From the IMG/VR virus record IMGVR_UViG_3300050034_000334: 64,000 bases of DNA; one strand, written 5' to 3'. Under the pieces are notes generated by a model. That model was given only the letters and a program-made list of their open reading frames with translations, was not told the DNA's origin and searched no databases. This document shows, one piece after another, positions 57,607-64,000 of this stretch (its first letter is position 1; each line of letters opens with the position of its first letter). The position numbers and the translations under genes were made by a program. The stretch is from a virus (Duplodnaviria > Caudoviricetes).

Positions 57607-58524
57607 TCACACCTTCATAAATTTCTTGTCTCTCAATTCTTGCATGCTCAATTTCTTCCTAGAAAGTCCGAATTTCTTGGCCCATTCATGAACTGTCATA
57701 GCACTGACGCCGTAGATATTTCCAATTTGGCGATAACCAGTGTGTTCTAAGTGAGTTCTAAGTTCTTCAACCGGCGGAATTTTCTTCATTAGACCACAAG
57801 CTGAACTGCAGTGAACTACTGTTTTGTCCCTAGTCACGAATTCTTTCTCGCACTTAGGACAAACTCGGACAAATTCAGAAATTGCACCTCTCCCTGGCAA
57901 CCAGCCTAGACGAATTCTCTCTTTAGCCTCACTCTCTGGCACCGAAATAACCTCTGAATTTTTGTACATCCACATATTTCCAAAAGAGTGATTATTTTCT
58001 CCCATTGCGAGCCTAGACATCTCTTTTCTACATTCAAGAGTATGATGCTTACCTCTACGAGATTCTGCCAATCTCCTACAAGCAGCTAGAAGTTTTGGAG
58101 TAACCCGCTTGGGAAGGACTCTAATCCTGTTCCACTTCTCCATAAATTCTCTAGCAAATTCAGGATCTCGTCGCCTTCTTTCTTGAACCTTCTGAGAGCC
58201 CAGTCTTCCCCAGGATACTCTGTCAAATTTGAAGTGAGTGTTGACGTAGTCAAACCCACCAGATCCCCCTTTTCTCAGATTCATACAAAGAGGATCTTTC
58301 CGATGAAGTTCTACTACCTCATCTTCTTTCTTCCAGGCTTCCTCCTGAGTTTCAAACTCGAAGAGAATTTCTTTCTTAAAACTTGCTGGACCATACTTTG
58401 CAACGGCTCGTATGATGTAAGTACCAGAACCAAGATACTCATCATTTGGGTTATCAGTCTTATGAACACCCAAGTAGAACTTGCCGTTGACCAAATTCAC
58501 TGTTTTGTATACAGTGTATATCAT
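57607..58524 (-). CDS. GIY-YIG homing endonuclease within tRNA cluster
   Basis: MIYTVYKTVNLVNGKFYLGVH...YLGSG; GGAGG RBS; start moved out of the tRNA. Confidence 0.88.
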   Translation of the reverse strand: MIYTVYKTVNLVNGKFYLGVHKTDNPNDEYLGSGTYIIRAVAKYGPASFKKEILFEFETQEEAWKKEDEVVELHRKDPLCMNLRKGGSGGFDYVNTHFKFDRVSWGRLGSQKVQERRRRDPEFAREFMEKWNRIRVLPKRVTPKLLAACRRLAESRRGKHHTLECRKEMSRLAMGENNHSFGNMWMYKNSEVISVPESEAKERIRLGWLPGRGAISEFVRVCPKCEKEFVTRDKTVVHCSSACGLMKKIPPVEELRTHLEHTGYRQIGNIYGVSAMTVHEWAKKFGLSRKKLSMQELRDKKFMKV

Positions 58525-58568
58525 GAACCCTCCTGTACCCTCTACTTGGATACTGGAAGTCACGAAAG

Positions 58569-58641
<73 letters not shown>

Positions 58642-58656
58642 ACTACTTCTAAACTC

Positions 58657-58738
58657 TGGAGCCTTGGGAGGGACTCGAACCCCCGTTGTGTTATAGCAGA
58701 TTACAGATCTGCTGCTGTCGCCGCTGAGCCACCAAGGC
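58657..58738 (-). tRNA. Atypical tRNA, Thr(TGT) by position on a Tyr-like body
   Basis: GCAGA-TCTGTAA-TCTGC (C33); 11-nt variable region; C2:G71, U73, CCA. Confidence 0.7.
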
Positions 58739-59311
58739 TAGTCTCGTGACTTGAATCCTTTGTTGCATAGGACTCTTATCAGATGTTAACTTACAGTCTC
58801 CATTTACTGCATTTCTTCCTCTTCCCCAGTTTAGTGCTTTGTACGTTGGAGTGATCGCATGACAACATGGACAGAGCAATAACACGTTATCCGGAGAGTT
58901 ATCCTTCCAATCTCCATTCTCGTGTTCTAGTTCAATAGGTGCAATTCCAGTTACCAGATTGACTTCACACCATCCACAACGCTGACATTTATTTCCAAAC
59001 AAGTGAATGAGAGCTCGCTTAGTCCTTCCGTGAGTTTCTTCCTTTGGAGATAGCGTTCTTTCCAGCCAACGCTTAATCCAAATTGAAAGTTCGTAGCTGC
59101 TCTTACATTTGTTAGAGCAGTAAGTATTAGCAGATTTGATACCAGTTCCACAACCAGGACAAAACTTTACGACCTTTTCTGGTTTCTTCTTCACCAACCC
59201 CAGTTTGGTCAGATGATATCGGACATTGGTTTGACTTGCACCTAGTTGTTCCGCTATCTTCCAACTGCTAAATCCTGCTGTCCACAACCGAGTTAGCTCA
59301 ACTATATCCAT
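58691..59311 (-). CDS. HNH homing endonuclease within tRNA cluster
   Basis: CQRCGW...ELEHENGDW.DNS.DNVLLLCPCCHA; start moved to 59311; tail overlaps the tRNA. Confidence 0.85.
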   Translation of the reverse strand: MDIVELTRLWTAGFSSWKIAEQLGASQTNVRYHLTKLGLVKKKPEKVVKFCPGCGTGIKSANTYCSNKCKSSYELSIWIKRWLERTLSPKEETHGRTKRALIHLFGNKCQRCGWCEVNLVTGIAPIELEHENGDWKDNSPDNVLLLCPCCHAITPTYKALNWGRGRNAVNGDCKLTSDKSPMQQRIQVTRLALVAQRRQQQICNLL

Positions 59312-59346
59312 ACCCAGATTCCTAAAGTCGGAAAACAGGTGAGCTA

Positions 59347-59423
59347 TGGAGCACCCCATCGGATTCGAACCGATGTCCACTGAGTACGAAACAGTGATCC
59401 TAAACCAACTAGACGAGAGGTGC
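59347..59423 (-). tRNA. tRNA-Thr(CGT) with U31:U39 mismatch
   Basis: ACTGT-TTCGTAC-TCAGT; C2:G71, U73, CCA. Confidence 0.8.
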
Positions 59424-59437
59424 ATACTACGAAACTT

Positions 59438-59513
59438 TGGTGGACGAGAATGGTCTTGAACCATCCACCTTTCCCTTATCAGGGGAATGCTCTACCACAT
59501 GAGCTACTCGTCC
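59438..59513 (-). tRNA. tRNA-Ile(GAT)
   Basis: TTCCC-CTGATAA-GGGAA; A73, CCA. Confidence 0.95.
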
Positions 59514-59525
59514 ATTTTGACTCCC

Positions 59526-59694
59526 AAAACACGAATGCCGCCCTTATTCTGGCGGCAGATCATACGAGATTTTGTTGTTCTCTTACTCTCGCAGACTCCC
59601 ACCGCCACCCGTTTGGGTGCATGTAATGGTGATGCTAGTTTGCAACGTCTGCTTCATGATTTGATGATACCTCAACTTTTCCCATTCCGGGAAA
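59526..59694 (-). ncRNA. Putative structured RNA / attenuator-like leader upstream of the tRNA cluster
   Basis: ORF-free on minus strand; nested stems GCAGAC/GTCTGC, CACCC-AAAC-GGGTG, terminal TGCCGCC-N8-GGCGGCA plus TTCGTGTTTT. Confidence 0.35.
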
Positions 59695-59925
59695 TTATTT
59701 TGCTTCCCCAAACTGGAGACTCATTACTTCTCCTGCCAGAAAGGGTGGCGCCAGCACAACTGCTTCAAACAAGATTCGAGAAGTGTGTCCTTTGTGTTCA
59801 GCTACAAACGATTCCAAATCAGCATTGACAACTGTCTCTCTATGAGAAGAACATCTCTCACAAGATACACTCATAATCTGGAACTCTACATCCATAGCAT
59901 TCTTTCGAGATTGTTCTACCCTCAT
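59695..59925 (-). CDS. Small hypothetical protein
   Basis: CERC motif; start may be 59895. Confidence 0.55.
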   Translation of the reverse strand: MRVEQSRKNAMDVEFQIMSVSCERCSSHRETVVNADLESFVAEHKGHTSRILFEAVVLAPPFLAGEVMSLQFGEAK

Positions 59926-59939
59926 GATCAGAGGAACGG

Positions 59940-60188
59940 TTAGGCTTCGTTTTCCTGACCAAACCAGGTGTTGATCTTGTTTTCGACATACCCATCACTG
60001 ACGAGGAACGGATGGTGAATCACAGTCACTGTGAGAGTGGGTTCGACATACTCGAATTTCACTTTGCAGCCCATCTTATCAATGTTTCCGCTGTCACCCA
60101 CCAACTGAACACCTTCGTTGGTTAGATCTATGCGAATCTTTTCAAGCTGCTGACGATTCAGTGTGAAGGTTTGAACTGTCTGTGGCAT
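59940..60188 (-). CDS. Small hypothetical protein
   Basis: 82 aa; GAAGGAG RBS. Confidence 0.7.
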   Translation of the reverse strand: MPQTVQTFTLNRQQLEKIRIDLTNEGVQLVGDSGNIDKMGCKVKFEYVEPTLTVTVIHHPFLVSDGYVENKINTWFGQENEA

Positions 60189-60237
60189 GTGATCTCCTTC
60201 AGTGATGTAATACTCATCTTATTGCTTCTGCAGAAAG

Positions 60238-60921
60238 TTACATTAGGGTACTTCTCAACATTCGTTCTCGCTCCCGTCTAGAATGCTGAGCCTCAGATAG
60301 TTTAGCACGAACTTTCGTTGATCTCAAAGCAGTGCCTGCGTTTTCTAGACGCTTCGAGGACTCCTTGAAATTTGAACTATGATAGTAACAAACCGGAGAA
60401 CAGAATAACCGACTATTTCTTTTGGAGAATGGTACGGAAAAAGGTCTGCTGCATATAAGGCAAATCTTAGTTAGTGGTGGATTGCCAACTCCTTTTTTGG
60501 CATCACTTATCCTTTTACCCATCAATTTTCTAGTATCAGCGTTGGCAGGATTTGCATGCCATGATCTACGAGTAGTACTCAGTAGTTGACGAGTTGCTTC
60601 AGAATGAGGTCCAGTGAATCCCTCACCACCCTTACAAATGTTGTAGCCGTATTCAGGATCTCGAGATCTAAGGAACTCTATAAATTCCTTCTCTCTTTGA
60701 TCCAGTTCTTCCCTGGTTTCAATATCTGAAAGAAGAGCGTGAATGCTCCACAAGGAGGGATCTGGGTACTTCCTCATCGAATTGTAGAGATAGGATCTTC
60801 CGTTTCTTTGATGGCGAGCATCCCAAAATTTACCCTTGAGATAGGCTTTCAAATCCTTTCCCTTGTGCTGACCTACATAGTATTTCCCAGTGACGTGATT
60901 CACTATCAAATAGATGAACAT
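60238..60921 (-). CDS. GIY-YIG homing endonuclease
   Basis: MFIYLIVNHVTGKYYVGQH; GYNICKGGEG. Confidence 0.9.
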   Translation of the reverse strand: MFIYLIVNHVTGKYYVGQHKGKDLKAYLKGKFWDARHQRNGRSYLYNSMRKYPDPSLWSIHALLSDIETREELDQREKEFIEFLRSRDPEYGYNICKGGEGFTGPHSEATRQLLSTTRRSWHANPANADTRKLMGKRISDAKKGVGNPPLTKICLICSRPFSVPFSKRNSRLFCSPVCYYHSSNFKESSKRLENAGTALRSTKVRAKLSEAQHSRRERERMLRSTLM

Positions 60922-60928
60922 TTCTTCA

Positions 60929-60952
60929 ACCTCTAATGAGAGGTAAGAAGTC
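60929..60952 (-). promoter_or_regulatory. GACTT motif and hairpin masking the AGAGG RBS
   Basis: GACTTCTT-ACCTCT-CATT-AGAGGT-TGAAGAA-ATG. Confidence 0.55.
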
Positions 60953-60966
60953 AGGAAACGCGGGCA

Positions 60967-62433
60967 CTAACCTAAATTCAGAATCGTTAGAGTGTCGGTG
61001 CCCATCTCCCAGGCAGTGTCAATACGAGGAGCCAACAGGCCCCTGGCCTTCGTGATTACTCCAGGTGGCAAATAGGCGCCAGTATCATCCACCAGAGCCA
61101 CATCAGAGTAACAATCCGGATTGAGAGTGTAGGATGTCTGAGTGGAATCGGTCCAGGTGAGGACAGCGCCGGTTGCCGGCGGAACTGTGAAAGTCACTGT
61201 GGCGATTGTGGTTACTGGAGCAGGAGCAGTCGTTGGAGTAAAGTGAGCTCCACTTGCTTGGCCAACCCAGATGTGACTGGCATCTGGAGATCCAGTGATC
61301 GCTCCAAAGATCATCACTCCGCCAACCTGACCAATGATGTTGGCATGTGCTCCCGTGGAAGCCTGAATCACCTCTTCGTTGGCAGTGAATATACCACTCG
61401 TGATCGAGCCATAGGCCATCGTCGAACTGTAGGTGGAGAACGTGTAATCAGTTCCCTCAGTGAGTTGAACACCACCAGCATAGATTACAACAGTTCCTGA
61501 TACCACAGGAGCCGCGAACTGGTAGAACGTGTTGGTCCCATTTCCTGTTCCGAACGATGTGCTGTACTCCACCTTGAATGCCGCAGGCAGAGCAGCGAAC
61601 TGCAATGAACTGAGAATCATGCCAAAGTCAATCGGAAATGACTGACCCACATTCTTACCCAGGGCTGTCAACTGCGTCTCCGGAAGGGTCTGATCATAAA
61701 ATGGCGACTGTGTGAACGTGGTCTCCCAAGTTCCGGTGTCTGTGTTGCGGACATAGATTCTCAAGAAGTCCGTGATCGAATTGAGAATCGACTCCATGCT
61801 AAGACTCTCGGTCTGAATGGTGGTGAAATTCAGTCCAATGTGAGCAGGCTTATTCAAGTCGATCGCAGTGTACAAATTTGAAGTGATCTGCTGAATCTGG
61901 TTGATGTTGACGATGTTGATTTCAAGATCGGAGGGATTGCCGCTTCCGTAGTTGATGGACACAACGATCCCATTGTGATCGGTCATGTTGTATCCATCGC
62001 CAACCTTCTTGTAGAGTTCGACGACCGTGATCATCTTCCCAGTGTAGGCTTCAATGATCTCAGCAATGGCTATCGCAGTCGAACCTTGCTGGTAAGCAGG
62101 GATCAGGTTGACGATCATCTGCTTGTAGTCAAGGTCGTACTGGGTGCTTCCTGGATACCCGCTGCTGATGAACAGAGGAGTAGCAAACCTGCGCTTGATG
62201 TCTGGAGGAGTCAGGTATTCAGGATTCTTGGCCACGATGTCGTATGCAGTCATGTACTCCAGTCGCGCAAGTTCGATGGCGACCGCTCTCTGAACATGAC
62301 CCCACAGATTGTCGTCGTTCCTTGAGATGTAGAAGTTGGCAACAGCCGACATGAGGGCATTGAAACGAGCATCCTCGTATCGTAGCAGATCCTCACGGGT
62401 TCGGAGGTACGCGATATCGGCCTGGAATGCCAT
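60967..62433 (-). CDS. Probable baseplate wedge / tail protein
   Basis: Follows baseplate-J-like gene; AYQQGST..AI.EIIEAYTG...IDLNKPAHI pattern. Confidence 0.55.
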   Translation of the reverse strand: MAFQADIAYLRTREDLLRYEDARFNALMSAVANFYISRNDDNLWGHVQRAVAIELARLEYMTAYDIVAKNPEYLTPPDIKRRFATPLFISSGYPGSTQYDLDYKQMIVNLIPAYQQGSTAIAIAEIIEAYTGKMITVVELYKKVGDGYNMTDHNGIVVSINYGSGNPSDLEINIVNINQIQQITSNLYTAIDLNKPAHIGLNFTTIQTESLSMESILNSITDFLRIYVRNTDTGTWETTFTQSPFYDQTLPETQLTALGKNVGQSFPIDFGMILSSLQFAALPAAFKVEYSTSFGTGNGTNTFYQFAAPVVSGTVVIYAGGVQLTEGTDYTFSTYSSTMAYGSITSGIFTANEEVIQASTGAHANIIGQVGGVMIFGAITGSPDASHIWVGQASGAHFTPTTAPAPVTTIATVTFTVPPATGAVLTWTDSTQTSYTLNPDCYSDVALVDDTGAYLPPGVITKARGLLAPRIDTAWEMGTDTLTILNLG

Positions 62434-64000
62434 TAGCTCCCCACAATGTAGTCAATCGTGATGTTTCCTGGTGACAGATACTCAGTGGAGGACGTGGTGA
62501 TATCCTTGGCCCCTTCTTCGTTCCACACCTGATAGGTCACTCTGTACGAGTTGGAGTTGGCTGAGTTCTGATAGGTCGGAATGCGGATCCATACATCACC
62601 AGCAGCCGAGATGAAGAACGACTGATCAATTCTTCCCTGGAATTCGGTGAGGCTGAACGTCCGAGTGTAGGACTCACTCTCGTAGAGGAAACCCACATAG
62701 GCATTGGCCGTTCCTCCAGAGTTCAGCGTGCTGTTCTGAAGGATGGCATAGGCCACGTACACTTGATTTCCCATGGATACCCAAGGAGTGTTGCTGGGAA
62801 TCAGGAAGCCAATGTCGTAGGCTCCGTCAGACTTAGCACACTTCGTGATAGGAATCTGAACACCAGTCACTCCAGGCTGGGACCTTACCTGCTGAACAAG
62901 CAGCGATTGGTCCAGGTCAGTCTGAGAGTTGTTGAGGACTATTCCAATAGCCGAACGCACCAGGTTGTCTACAGTATCCTGGGTTGCTGTTGGACTGATG
63001 GTCACGGTCATCGTGATATCCACCGGGCTGGCGACCATCGCCTTCACGAGCACATCTGCATCAGCGTGCTTGCTTGTCGCCAAAGTGGCCGCAAGTTGAT
63101 CTACCCAGGTTGGAATCTGAGTACTGACCGCGAAGACCTCTGATGCATAGTAGGAAATGAACAGAGGATAGGTCGTTCCTCCAGTGAGGAAAGGCATCGT
63201 CGAACTTCCGCCAGACTTAGCTGTAATCGAAGTCTGGCCAGAGGTGTGATCGACAGTCAGAATGAAGTCACGATTTTCCTGCAAGACTGTCCAGATTGGA
63301 ACTGAAGTGGTTCCGCTATTCCACACCACCTTGATGTATCTGCTGGTGAGAGGCACCGGCGGAGTCGCATTGATCAGTGAAACATCACTGGTTAGAGTGG
63401 TGAGTCCGTAGCTGTTTGGCAACCAGGTGTTGTAGATGAAACCAGACTGAGTTAAATACGAGGGAACTGTTCCTGTCAAAGTGAGGGTGTCAGTGTAGAA
63501 GTTGACCTTCTCGGTCAGGATGAACTTGTAGTATGTCACCACAACCGATGGGCTTCCATTCAGGGGAATGCCGGACTGATTCAGTATGTTCAGGCCAACC
63601 AACTGCAAGTTGTACTGTTCATAAGGACCAGCAGAAGTGATCGTGTAGTCCACTCCAAAAACATAGGGTGGCCCAACAGGATCGTAAGCATTGACAACCG
63701 TGAATCCCTTGGGAGGAGAAATGGCCCCGGTGCTGGGATCGATCATCATCACCATGTTGCTGTCGATCAGTAAGCTGGTGATTGGAGAGACGTAGACAAG
63801 CGTAACCTGCTGAACTGCCGACTGAGTGCTGTCTACCTGCACCGCATCACCCGCCGCGTTGGATCCTCCAGAGAGTAGAAAGTCCTGTGTATGGATAAGT
63901 TCAATGTTCGAAGGATCGATGACTCCAGTTTGAGGTCCTGTCACTGAATTGATGCTCAGCAACGGCTGCGAAGGAGGATTGTAGAAAATGTCCTCATGGT
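62433..64000 (-). CDS. Baseplate J-like protein, 5' truncated by window edge
   Basis: Frame open past 63962 to the edge; C-term VDITMTVTI...LDQSLLVQQVRSQPGVTGV. Confidence 0.6.
   Translation of the reverse strand, partial: HEDIFYNPPSQPLLSINSVTGPQTGVIDPSNIELIHTQDFLLSGGSNAAGDAVQVDSTQSAVQQVTLVYVSPITSLLIDSNMVMMIDPSTGAISPPKGFTVVNAYDPVGPPYVFGVDYTITSAGPYEQYNLQLVGLNILNQSGIPLNGSPSVVVTYYKFILTEKVNFYTDTLTLTGTVPSYLTQSGFIYNTWLPNSYGLTTLTSDVSLINATPPVPLTSRYIKVVWNSGTTSVPIWTVLQENRDFILTVDHTSGQTSITAKSGGSSTMPFLTGGTTYPLFISYYASEVFAVSTQIPTWVDQLAATLATSKHADADVLVKAMVASPVDITMTVTISPTATQDTVDNLVRSAIGIVLNNSQTDLDQSLLVQQVRSQPGVTGVQIPITKCAKSDGAYDIGFLIPSNTPWVSMGNQVYVAYAILQNSTLNSGGTANAYVGFLYESESYTRTFSLTEFQGRIDQSFFISAAGDVWIRIPTYQNSANSNSYRVTYQVWNEEGAKDITTSSTEYLSPGNITIDYIVGS

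Noticed and set aside
58657-58738. Plain tRNA-Tyr(GTA), or a suppressor/pyrrolysine tRNA
   Set aside because: GTA is off-register in the 7-nt loop and the discriminator is U, not A; there is no CTA/TCA anticodon.
59526-59710. tmRNA or T-box riboswitch
   Set aside because: No tRNA-like T-arm/CCA end or tag frame; T-box consensus and specifier stem not recognisable, so kept only as a generic structured RNA.

Overview
64-kb segment of a large, probably jumbo, contractile-tailed bacteriophage genome in the standard genetic code, densely coding and mostly on the minus strand. About 1-37 kb and 60-64 kb hold virion genes: acidic modular proteins punctuated by K-x-A motifs, sigma-like proteins, an intein-containing SWIM protein, tail fibres, neck and baseplate proteins. 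About 37-57 kb holds a GH108 endolysin, a UvrD helicase, a WGR-PARP, a Nudix hydrolase, methyltransferases and a nucleotidyltransferase. It also holds a probable thymidine-hypermodification set: a class II glutamine amidotransferase fused to an amino acid:DNA transferase-like domain, a translationally coupled GNAT and a P-loop kinase. A six-tRNA cluster (three Thr) lies at 57.2-59.5 kb. Fourteen free-standing homing-endonuclease-like genes (about 10.5 kb) are interspersed, several with leaderless promoters or RBS-sequestering hairpins. Two recurrent promoter-like motifs, two apparent -1 frameshifts, an in-frame TGA and a homing-endonuclease stump were found by reading the sequence. All family assignments are from motif recognition by eye, with no database search.
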